From NCBI GenBank assembly GCA_963665235.2, contig CAXXLX010000001.1, forward strand, positions 736,001-800,000: a DNA stretch of 64,000 bases. Reading direction: 5' to 3'. Shown here in pieces: positions 20,000-29,069 of this stretch. Numbering within the stretch: position 1 is the stretch's first letter; the number at the start of each line of letters is the position of its first letter. Under the pieces are notes generated by a model. The model had not been told where the DNA came from, searched no databases, and saw only the letters and a program-made list of their open reading frames with translations. The stretch is from Candidatus Poribacteria bacterium (GTDB lineage: Bacteria; Poribacteria; WGA-4E; WGA-3G). The translations under genes were made by a program, and so were the position numbers.

Positions 20000-22570
20000 T
20001 TACCGATTGGCACCGAAATCAAGTTCTTTCGCAGGGCGGACTACCCACTGTTCGAAAACAGATTTGAACGACCGTGCCTTTTCACCGAGATGGAGATATT
20101 GGATGCCGTTCAACGGAATGGAAACCTCTCCGTAGATTGGTGACCGTCCAAACAGCGTGTCGCCTTTAACCTCAACAGGTTCAAAAATCAGTACCGGATT
20201 GTGGATGAGCGTGAAGCGGACTTCGGACTGCTCAGCTGTTGGCTTATGATGACCCGTGGCTTCTTTCTGTTCCGCCTGTCCGTTCGGGGTTACAGGGGGG
20301 TCTGAATTCTCAAGTGTCTCAGCACTAATATCAACGACGCGTGTTATAAGGTCTATAGGCATAGAAAGTTTTCGCAACTTTGAATCGAACCGAATTGTGT
20401 GTTCATTGATGCTTATTAATTTACCGCGCTTTAGGTCGCCGTTGTTTGCTTCAATGATATGGTTTGGTGGATTGTCCCGGTTGAAACGTGGGACGGTTAG
20501 GGCGCGTTCCAATTTTACATCTAACTTCTTAGGTTGCGTTTCAAGCGGGTCGAAGAGAAGTTCAACGCCACGCTTAAGTGCAACAGCGTCATTTTCAGCG
20601 AATTCTCTGCCGACTACTACCATTGCCCCTTCTAAGGCATCTAGGTGGTCCCCTTTGTCCGTTTTTATAGTTATTCTCAGGCCACCATCTTTAGTTCTGT
20701 TGAGGTTAGCATTAAGGATTCTGCCATCTTCCAAAATGATTCTATGTTTATCACCGCCGGTAATAGTGATAGGATTTCGGTTTTCCTTTCGGGCATGGGT
20801 TTTTTCGCGAGTAAACTCAATACCCTTAATATGCTTTGTATCCAGGCGGGTCGACTTGATAAACGGTGAACGGAAATTGACAGAAGTTTCATCGTAAGTC
20901 AAAATTTGACACGGGATGACTTCTCCGTTTTTCAGATGCATCAGATGCGGGAACATCTTGACATCAAAAGGTTGTAGTCTGGAGATATGTTTATTGTGAC
21001 GTTCTATGCGAGGAGATAGGGTGTTAGCAAAACGTACAGGTTTTGCTGAGCCGATAGGTTGCCATTGGATGGTTACAGCATTCTGAGCATGTCCGTCATG
21101 AGGGTGAGGAGACCCCGCCCCTACAGTGGATGCATCCTCATTGTTAAATATAACGTGCCCCCGTAGACTTCCGGAGGGGAAAAACATTTTGTCGTAATCT
21201 TTGGCTGGGGCTTTCGTTTTGGTTTTAGCGTTAAGCCGAAGGTGTGCCGCCCCGTTGAGCGAGCAGGTTATCGGTTCATCCGAGAAGGCTGTCTGTAGGA
21301 CAATACTCTCCGGGTTCAATTGCACAATCTGTCCCTGTATAGCAGTTCCATCGATGTAGGTCAATGCCCTATATCCATCGACGGCTGTCAATTTTCTGCC
21401 GGGCTGCACGACGCGGTCGACCTGTTTGATTTCGATATTTTGACGTGTGCCATCCGTATCGAGGACGTACGCTCGGTTTTTCTCAACAAACAATTTGCCT
21501 GGGTGGATTTCACCATTCATCATGTGTACGCGTGATTTTGAAAAGTCAACTTTCTGGTCTTTCGCGTCAGCCGACCGTTTATAGACTCTTAGCCTTTGGA
21601 CTGTTAGGTCTCCGCCTCGGTTATAGATATAGAGTCCGGCGGTTTCCACGGTGGGTTGCACCTCTTCCAATTTCAGGAGCAAATTGCCGTTCAAGTCAAA
21701 GACCTTTAGGGTGTTAGTGTCCTGATTATAAGTGATTCGCAATCGAAAGCTTCGGCGGTTCGGCTTAATCGTCAACACAGGTTCAAACAGGGTGCCTTGA
21801 ACGACGACAAGTTCATTGACCCATGTTTCCAGTCGCAGTGCCTCGTAGAGGTTTTTACCGAGGGAGAAGACGAACCCAGGGGGACGTGTCGTAGATGCTA
21901 ATTCGAGGTCAATTTCAAAATGTTTAGGCCAGGATAATGGCTTGAAAATACTCGTTTTCGCTTTATTTGTGTAGGGATGTCCCCCACGTTCGGCGTGCCA
22001 TCCAGCATGTTGAGTATTATTATCGTCTCGCCCCAGGCGGTTGAGCACATTTTCCTCGTTGACAGGATTCGGAACAGAGCTTCTACGGTTAGTTGATTGC
22101 CAAGCGGATAACTGAGAGCCGTCAAAGATAAGATTGGTATGTTCTTGGTTTTCAAGCATATAAATTGCTTCGCGCTTCACGCGAAACTGGCCGTAACGTT
22201 TATTGGAAAAGAGAAGAGTATTTTCATCTGAATCGATAATGTCCGCTGTCCAGATATCGCCGGCTACGGTCCCGACGCGAAAGGTGCCACTATCGGATAC
22301 GCTCTGTTTTTTTATTTCGGCGTTCGGGGTAGGTTTCTCCTTGTTAGGGAAAACGATTGAATCCAAAACGTTAACGTCAAGCACAAGTTCGTCAGAAAAG
22401 TAGTCGGATGCCCATCGAATTTTTCCTAGCTTGCTGTCTAACAGTTTTCCTGGAAGGGAATCTCCATTTTTCCAAAACAGCACTGTTTCTTGGGCGTTTG
22501 TGACTGTAGGAAACCAGGTCCCCGTGAGTATGATGATTATAACCAATATGTTTTTTAGATAGTGTAGCAT
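20000..22570 (-). CDS. Large secreted hypothetical protein, last gene of the MoxR/vWA cluster
   Basis: 856-aa ORF with a signal peptide and repeated 'L.NG..I.G' beta modules, directly downstream of the prenyltransferase-repeat gene. Confidence 0.8.
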   Translation of the reverse strand: MLHYLKNILVIIIILTGTWFPTVTNAQETVLFWKNGDSLPGKLLDSKLGKIRWASDYFSDELVLDVNVLDSIVFPNKEKPTPNAEIKKQSVSDSGTFRVGTVAGDIWTADIIDSDENTLLFSNKRYGQFRVKREAIYMLENQEHTNLIFDGSQLSAWQSTNRRSSVPNPVNEENVLNRLGRDDNNTQHAGWHAERGGHPYTNKAKTSIFKPLSWPKHFEIDLELASTTRPPGFVFSLGKNLYEALRLETWVNELVVVQGTLFEPVLTIKPNRRSFRLRITYNQDTNTLKVFDLNGNLLLKLEEVQPTVETAGLYIYNRGGDLTVQRLRVYKRSADAKDQKVDFSKSRVHMMNGEIHPGKLFVEKNRAYVLDTDGTRQNIEIKQVDRVVQPGRKLTAVDGYRALTYIDGTAIQGQIVQLNPESIVLQTAFSDEPITCSLNGAAHLRLNAKTKTKAPAKDYDKMFFPSGSLRGHVIFNNEDASTVGAGSPHPHDGHAQNAVTIQWQPIGSAKPVRFANTLSPRIERHNKHISRLQPFDVKMFPHLMHLKNGEVIPCQILTYDETSVNFRSPFIKSTRLDTKHIKGIEFTREKTHARKENRNPITITGGDKHRIILEDGRILNANLNRTKDGGLRITIKTDKGDHLDALEGAMVVVGREFAENDAVALKRGVELLFDPLETQPKKLDVKLERALTVPRFNRDNPPNHIIEANNGDLKRGKLISINEHTIRFDSKLRKLSMPIDLITRVVDISAETLENSDPPVTPNGQAEQKEATGHHKPTAEQSEVRFTLIHNPVLIFEPVEVKGDTLFGRSPIYGEVSIPLNGIQYLHLGEKARSFKSVFEQWVVRPAKELDFGANR

Positions 22571-22587
22571 TGCTTTTCTCCTGATAT

Positions 22588-23700
22588 CTACCTTTCGTAG
22601 ATGGGTAGAAGTCGATAGTTCAAAGCTAAGGTAAGGACTGCCATGCCTGTGCCGTACGCTTTGCCGTAGGAGCTGTGGAAGCTTCCATCCTCCTGTTGCA
22701 TTTTTTGAAGTCGCTCAATAGTGCGTTGATTCCACGCTTGCCACGCTTCAAAATCGCTTTGAAATAGTGCCTGCGCCATATAGTATAAGGTGTAGAACAT
22801 GTAGCCACCCCTGAGATTACTATAGTTTGCTCTGCGTTTGATAAATTCGGCAGTCGCTTTGTATTCTGGGGTGTCTGTCCTTTTTCCAATTGCATAGACA
22901 AGCGTCGCAATTGCGGAACGGGTAAGTCCATCGCCGTGGCTCCCTGAAGGGGTATAGGAGACCCCGCCGCCTTGCATTGTGCAGGTTTGAAAAAAGTTCA
23001 ACGCCTTGTTGATAGCTTCATTGGGAATTTCAATACCGGCGTTTCGTGCACCGAGGATTCCCATTAGTACGGTACCAGCAACGGTTGTATCTGCGTCTCG
23101 TGCTTGTGGACCATAACGCCAAGCCCCCCAGGGATTCTTTTCTTGGGCGGTGAGGGCACATCTTACTGAAAGTTCCAAAGCGTCACTGAGGGTTCGCCTC
23201 TGATTTTGGGGTGTGTCACTATCCTCCTTATAGAGCAGTTCTTCGCTAACCGCACCGTACGCCTCGGAGAGTGCTAACATAGCAAACCCGTGATGGTACA
23301 TTGAAGCGTGCCCACTTGTTCCTACGTAGCCTGTTTTGGCGTTCTGCTTGCTGATAATGTTCCGCAAGGCTTTACGGATATGTGTGGCATAAGGTCCGTA
23401 ATCCGGGTCTTCCCCACTTGCCATCAATGCCATGACGCAAATGCCTGTTATACCCGGCCCGTTCTGCGTTCCTGCCCAACTTCCATTCTCCAATTGGGTG
23501 CTAGCGAGGTATCGCAAGCTTCGGTCGTTGATGCTTCTAACCGCTGGCGGGACACCTGTACCATAGCGGAGAGTTGGAGCTTGGGCGTAAGTGAAGTCAC
23601 CGAAAAAGATGGATAGCAGTAGGAATACCCCGGAAAATCCGATAAGGTAGTAGGCATTCCCGGTAAGACCGTCACCTGTTTTTCTGTATTTAGTTTCCAC
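22588..23700 (-). CDS. Prenyltransferase/squalene-oxidase repeat (QW-motif barrel) protein
   Basis: YLASTQLENGSW, MYHHGFAMLAL, GAWRY, QQEDGSF; GTG start with RBS AGGAG. Confidence 0.88.
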   Translation of the reverse strand: METKYRKTGDGLTGNAYYLIGFSGVFLLLSIFFGDFTYAQAPTLRYGTGVPPAVRSINDRSLRYLASTQLENGSWAGTQNGPGITGICVMALMASGEDPDYGPYATHIRKALRNIISKQNAKTGYVGTSGHASMYHHGFAMLALSEAYGAVSEELLYKEDSDTPQNQRRTLSDALELSVRCALTAQEKNPWGAWRYGPQARDADTTVAGTVLMGILGARNAGIEIPNEAINKALNFFQTCTMQGGGVSYTPSGSHGDGLTRSAIATLVYAIGKRTDTPEYKATAEFIKRRANYSNLRGGYMFYTLYYMAQALFQSDFEAWQAWNQRTIERLQKMQQEDGSFHSSYGKAYGTGMAVLTLALNYRLLPIYER

Positions 23701-23818
23701 TGTTTATCTCCTCACAGTTTCATAAGAATTTTTGTAGTTGGGTTGAACACGCCGAAGGTTTCCATACATGCATTCGGCAAGAAACCCGACACTTGATTTT
23801 AGGCTCATGTAAAGAATA

Positions 23819-24443
23819 CTGTAGTTTGGACACTATCTGTCCGGTTGATGCCCGATTTTCAAAGTATTTCTGATTTTTCTCTAAGTTCCTCACACAAGTC
23901 CAACTTGTAGAAAATAGACTCGAATGCGCGGAAGCGCAGCCCCAGCGGGGCGGTATCTTTATAGAAAACACAACCACACCACAAACTAGCCCCAGCGGGG
24001 CGGTATCTTTATAGAAAACACAACCACACCACAAACTAGCCCCAGCGGGGCGGTATCTTTATAGAAAACACAACCACACCACAAACTAGCCCCAGCGGGG
24101 CGGTATCTTTATAGAAAACACAACCACACCACAAACTAGCCCCAGCGGGGCGGTATCTTTATAGAAAACACAACCACACCACAAACTAGCCCCAGCGGGG
24201 CGGTATCTTTATAGAAAACACAAGAGCGGGGCGGTATCTTTATAGAAAACACAACCACACCACAAACTAGCCCCAGCGGGGCGGTATCTTTATAGATTTT
24301 AGCCAAACCCCTCTTCTTTCCGCGTCCTCTGCGTTCTCTGTGCCTTCCGTGATTCAGACAACACAAGCAAACTCCACCCTTCCATTCTTCCACCTATCCC
24401 TTTGACAATAACGTTACGCCCCCTAAAATTGTCCAAAGTTTAG
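23819..24443 (+). mobile_element. MITE-D, complete, with an internal 50-bp tandem array (about 23936-24295)
   Basis: Ends CTGTAGTTTGGACA...TGTCCAAAGTTTAG, perfect 9-bp duplication TAAAGAATA; array of GCCCCAGCGGGGC hairpin units with period 50. Confidence 0.9.
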
Positions 24444-24545
24444 TAAAGAATAAGTGCATAAGAAAATTTAACCCTTGTGGCCATTGCGTTTATTAGAACG
24501 ATCGCACACATCTTTAACATGAGCCGATTTTATATCTTGTTTCCA

Positions 24546-26083
24546 TTATTCATAAAGTCGCCTCAAAAAACTCAGTATCTCAGGATTCATCTTTATGAAT
24601 ATTTCGGCAACCATCATGTGAAGTCCCTCCGCGCTCAACGAGAAAAGCGTCAGCTGTGCCCCCGTTGTTTCTAACTGTTTCCGGTGTGTCTCCTTCAAAA
24701 GCAGCAACGCGTCTATGGAGGTCACAACCAGTGCCTGCGAAGCCTGCGTCTGGAAAACCTGTCTTTCGGTTTGGCGTTCGGTATATTGCCGATAAGCCTC
24801 ATCAGAGAGCACATTTTTGATTGCCCGTTGGTAAAGCGGATGACTCGTAAGGTCGGGCAGTTCAGGCCCACGCCATCGTTTACCCATAACCGTTTCGTCC
24901 GCCAACTTCTTCTTCAGGACTTCGAACTGTTCAGTAGCCTGTTCGCGAGGCAATTTTGCATCATGAATCTATTCGAGCTCAGATGAGGCATCAATATAGT
25001 TGATTTTTTTCTCAATATCCAGCTTTTGCGCTTCAATAGCTCGTTGGATTACATCCTTGATAACCCCTTGTAAATGCGGTTTTCCTGTTCCCTGAGCGTT
25101 CCTAGCTGTTGTTCGTATGTGCTGTTAATATAGCGTCTGCCAGCTCCGACAGTTGAGATTCGCGGGAGCTTTCTTCCGTTTCATTAGGAAGGACTTGCAC
25201 CAACCTCCCTTAGCATTTTTCAGTCTTAATCAATCCGCTCCAGATTTTTATCTGATTTGGAGTCAATATTGGCTGTAGTGATATTTTCAATCCATCAGAT
25301 AGAAATCCCAACTTCGCGCTGTAAATTATAGCTGGTAAACATATATGCTACGGGTGGTTCCAGCGAATGCGCTATTATTGTGTCAAGCAGTAATTTGAGC
25401 ACATCCTCGCGTTGCTCGTGGTTCAGACTGAGGGTTTCGTCGAGGAACGCTGTTAGGAAGTGAGCGCCCGTTTGCCGTGCCTGCTGTTGCCGATTCTCGA
25501 TAAACTCTATATAATCGTGAAGCTGCGTTTCGGTTAGATGCTTCGCGAAGGCTGCCTTGCTATCAGGTTCTGACAACAACAATGCTATTATCGCCAACAT
25601 ACCGCCTTTTTGTAATTTCGCTCCTAGATTTCTCGGTTCCAACACAGCGAGTACTTCAAGAAGCGACTGATAGAGTGCCTCCACAGAAGATTTTTCCAAT
25701 TTGTAACGCTTGCCTATATCTCCAGTGACGTGCTTAAGGGGTCTCTCGATAACACGAATTATATTGTCTCTGCCGGCATCGCCCGTTTTGCTCATTATAA
25801 TCTGCTTGAAGTGCTCTCCATTATCAATGATAATAACAGGTCTACCGACTCGATCAACGTATCCCTTTTTGCTGGTACTCATCAGATAGAGTCCTGCGGG
25901 GAGCCTATCGAATTGATAGTGACCTTCGGCATCCGTTTTTACTGTAACTACCTTGTTATTTGTATCAGCAATCTGAACCTCAACCCCCTCAATTGGGTTC
26001 TGTTCTGGGGTTGTATCAACAGCAGTCCCATGGAGGGTGCCGCCGTTCGGCACTTGCAGCAAGTTCTCTTCTACAAAAGTCAA
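24546..26083 (-). pseudogene. Frameshifted paralog of the 26112-27722 gene
   Basis: Fragments 25295-26083 and 24546-24953 align by eye to the N- and C-terminal parts of the neighbour (NGGT..G..VDTTPE.NPIEGV; HPLYQ.AIK.VL.DEAY); no signal peptide; frame breaks between the fragments. Confidence 0.75.
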
Positions 26084-26111
26084 CGTTATATCGCCTCAAA
26101 TACGGGTGTAT

Positions 26112-27722
26112 CTACTGTGTAAGTGGGTTCGCCAATCCGCCTTGTTCAAGGGCATCCTGATACCAAGGCATGAGAATCTCGGGGCCTGTTCTTAGAATAA
26201 GTTCAGTCTGCATCATTTCCAAGCCCTCCAGACTCAACGAGAGAAGTGTCACCTGCGCTGCCGTTGTTTCCAGCTGTTTCCGTTGTGTCCTTTTCAAGAG
26301 CAGTCCCGTATCTATGTATACCACTAACATATCACGGGCAGCTTCTGATTGGAAAACCTGGCGTTCGATTTGACGGGCGACATATTCCGAATATGCCTCA
26401 TCAGGAAGTACATCTTTGATCGCCTGTTGGTAGAGCGGATGATTTGTAATGTTGTACAGCTCCGCTCCGCCCCACAGCTTGTTAGGCCAGCTTTCGTCCG
26501 CCAACGTTTTCTTCATCGCTTCAAGTCCCTTAACAGCCTGTTCGCGAGGCATATTTTGCTTTAGGACCCCCCCTAAAAAGTTGTGTAAGTCAAGCAGGTA
26601 CCTAAACTTTGCGTTGTCGTTCTGTTTTCGCACTTCAATGTATTGTTGGAGCACCCCTTTGGTAACGACTTCCAAACGTTTTTCTGCCATTTCGTTAAGC
26701 GGTCCAAGCTGTTGTGTATGTAGTCCCAGGATTGCTTCTGCCAAGTGCCAACGTGGCGGTTTGAATTCGGTCTGAAGTGCATCTGGAAACGTCTCCCTAT
26801 TTCCCTTTTCGAAAATCACCACGCCTTCCCAAATTTCTGCTTGTGTTGGGGTCAATACCGGATCGAGAGATATATTCAATTGTCCCCGTAGTAAATTTAC
26901 GACTTTCGTCTGTAAAGAGAGTTCGTTAAATATACCTATAACATCCTCCACTGTATCATAACTGATTGTGTCATTCAGCAATGCTGTAACATTTTCGCGT
27001 TGCTTGTGTGTCAACCAGAGTAATTGGTCTAGGAATGCTGTTATGAAGTGAGCGGCTGCTTGCCGAACTCTCTTTTGCCGTACCTTGATGAAATCTATAT
27101 AATCCTGAATCTGCGTTTCGGTTAGATGTTTCTCGAATGCTGGCCTGCAATCGGGGTGCGACAACAACCCCATAATCAACCCGGGGACTCCCCCGTCTGC
27201 TGTTTCTAAGACGGCATCCATGTTTCGGTTCGTCTCCTCAAGCACAGTATTGAGTGCCTCAAGAATGGACTGATGGAATGCTTTAACGATACGCTCGTCT
27301 AGATTGTAACGTTCACCGATACTTTCAGCGATGTATTGAAACATCCGCTCGGTAAGACGTTCCTCTATATCGTCCCGTTTTGTTATTTTAAGCTGAACGA
27401 AGTGGTCTCCGCCATTAACGATTGTAACAGCCTTACCGACTCGCTCATTATATCCCCTTTTGTGGATATTCATCAGATAGCGTCCGGCGGGGAGGTTATC
27501 GAATTTATATTCACCTTTGGCATCGGTTTTGACTGTGAACACCTTATTATCTGTCCCAACAATATTAACTGTAACGCCTTCGATAGGGTTCCGTTCTGGG
27601 GTTGTGTCAACAACAGTGCCCCGGACGGTTCCGCCGTTCAGCGCGTTTTCTTGTGCAAAGGCAACGCTTGTGAATATAGCGATACAAACAGTGATTATTA
27701 GTCCCAAAATAGAACGGTTCAT
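26112..27722 (-). CDS. Secreted protein with a carboxypeptidase-regulatory-like domain and helical C-terminus
   Basis: Signal peptide ending AFAQ, GTVRGTVVD...PIEGVTV...TDAKGEYKFDNLPAGRY. Confidence 0.85.
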   Translation of the reverse strand: MNRSILGLIITVCIAIFTSVAFAQENALNGGTVRGTVVDTTPERNPIEGVTVNIVGTDNKVFTVKTDAKGEYKFDNLPAGRYLMNIHKRGYNERVGKAVTIVNGGDHFVQLKITKRDDIEERLTERMFQYIAESIGERYNLDERIVKAFHQSILEALNTVLEETNRNMDAVLETADGGVPGLIMGLLSHPDCRPAFEKHLTETQIQDYIDFIKVRQKRVRQAAAHFITAFLDQLLWLTHKQRENVTALLNDTISYDTVEDVIGIFNELSLQTKVVNLLRGQLNISLDPVLTPTQAEIWEGVVIFEKGNRETFPDALQTEFKPPRWHLAEAILGLHTQQLGPLNEMAEKRLEVVTKGVLQQYIEVRKQNDNAKFRYLLDLHNFLGGVLKQNMPREQAVKGLEAMKKTLADESWPNKLWGGAELYNITNHPLYQQAIKDVLPDEAYSEYVARQIERQVFQSEAARDMLVVYIDTGLLLKRTQRKQLETTAAQVTLLSLSLEGLEMMQTELILRTGPEILMPWYQDALEQGGLANPLTQ

Positions 27723-28666
27723 CTGTTTACCTCAGCTAGGCCGGTCTGCCACTCTTTGCCTCTCTTACCTGCGTAGAGCATAACGTATGTGTCACCGATG
27801 TGGAGGATTTGGCCTGTCAACACGCCATCACAATCAAACGCTTCAGGGTCATCCGATGGGGTGAATATGGGATTGGAAGGGTTCGGCTCGAAGGTGCAAA
27901 AATCACGAGTCCGTACATGTCCAATCCGCCAGACTTCGCCATCGTATCCCCCATAAAGGATATGGAAGTACTGCGGTCCTTTGAACAGTTCGGTTTCCCG
28001 AACGGCTTGTCTGTCCCAAGCTTGTCCGCTCCCGGTGAAAACGGGATTCGCTGGATTTTTTGTGACAACTGCTGGATTGCTCGTCGGCGCGGTTGCGTGG
28101 CACATCGTCAACCCCTCACCGAACGACTGTGTCGCTTTTCCCGTATAAACGATATGAATCGTGTCGCCATCCACAGCGACAGAGGGATGCGTAGCACCGT
28201 GTCGTTCATGTTCGGTATCCGCAGAGATGACAGGCGTTGGTTGGACGCGCCGCCATTTGCCAAGGTCGCCATTGCTCACAAGCAAACCGGTCTGTTCAGG
28301 GGTCGTTTTTCCTTTACCGCGATAGTACATGTAGAACTTACCATCAGCAGGGTTTCGGAAGGGAAACGGATACTCGACAGCTGCATTATCGAAACCGTCG
28401 GCTGAAGGTTCCAAAATAGGATTGCGTGCATCCTGTGTGATGCTAGTAATGCTATGAATAGGCGCAGTTGCGTGCATCATCAGCCAACGGACGTTTTCCG
28501 GTTCACGTTTACACCAGATGTAGTGTAAGGTATCCTCAACAATGATAGCATGTGTCGCTGCTGCCCAGAGAGGTGGCGGCAGGGAGATAATAGGATTGCC
28601 CCCCGCTATTCTCTTGAAACTGGCAAATACCTCAAACCGGATAGCCTCTTTTTGCACATCAGCCAT
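27719..28666 (-). CDS. Five-bladed beta-propeller glycoside hydrolase-like protein (GH43/32/130 type)
   Basis: Repeated NPIL/NPVF...D...YMYY.G blades; RBS GGAGGAG before ATG 28666. The longer track start lies inside MITE-D. Confidence 0.8.
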   Translation of the reverse strand: MADVQKEAIRFEVFASFKRIAGGNPIISLPPPLWAAATHAIIVEDTLHYIWCKREPENVRWLMMHATAPIHSITSITQDARNPILEPSADGFDNAAVEYPFPFRNPADGKFYMYYRGKGKTTPEQTGLLVSNGDLGKWRRVQPTPVISADTEHERHGATHPSVAVDGDTIHIVYTGKATQSFGEGLTMCHATAPTSNPAVVTKNPANPVFTGSGQAWDRQAVRETELFKGPQYFHILYGGYDGEVWRIGHVRTRDFCTFEPNPSNPIFTPSDDPEAFDCDGVLTGQILHIGDTYVMLYAGKRGKEWQTGLAEVNR

Positions 28667-28692
28667 CGATTTCTCCTCCGTTAAAAGTCCTA

Positions 28693-29069
28693 CTATAGTT
28701 TGGACACTATCTGTGAGACAGGTGCCCGATTTCAAAGCATCGCTGATTTTTCTCTAAGTTCTTCACACAAATACAAACAGTAGAAAATAGACCTAATGTG
28801 CGAAAGTGCGGTTTCCCCAGCGGGACGAAATGTCTATAGAAAACCCAAACAACATACAAACTAGCCCCAGCGGGGCGGAATGTTTATAGAATGTTGGAAA
28901 CCATTGGTTTATGGAAACCATTAGCAGTTAGCAAGAGGATTGTGATGCTAAGCCTATCTCTGCTGCGCGTCAAAACCCGCTTCCCCTCTTCCACCTTCCA
29001 TTCTTCCACCCTTCCACCTATCCGTTTGACAAGAACGTTGTGCCTCCCTAAAATTGGTCCAAAGTTTAG
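28693..29069 (+). mobile_element. MITE-D, complete
   Basis: CTATAGTTTGGACA...GGTCCAAAGTTTAG; 11-bp flanks TAAAAGTCCTA/TAAAAGTACTA. Confidence 0.85.

Noticed and set aside
23819-29069. Composite transposon formed by two MITE-D copies around three cargo genes
   Set aside because: Each MITE has its own separate TSD, indicating independent insertions.
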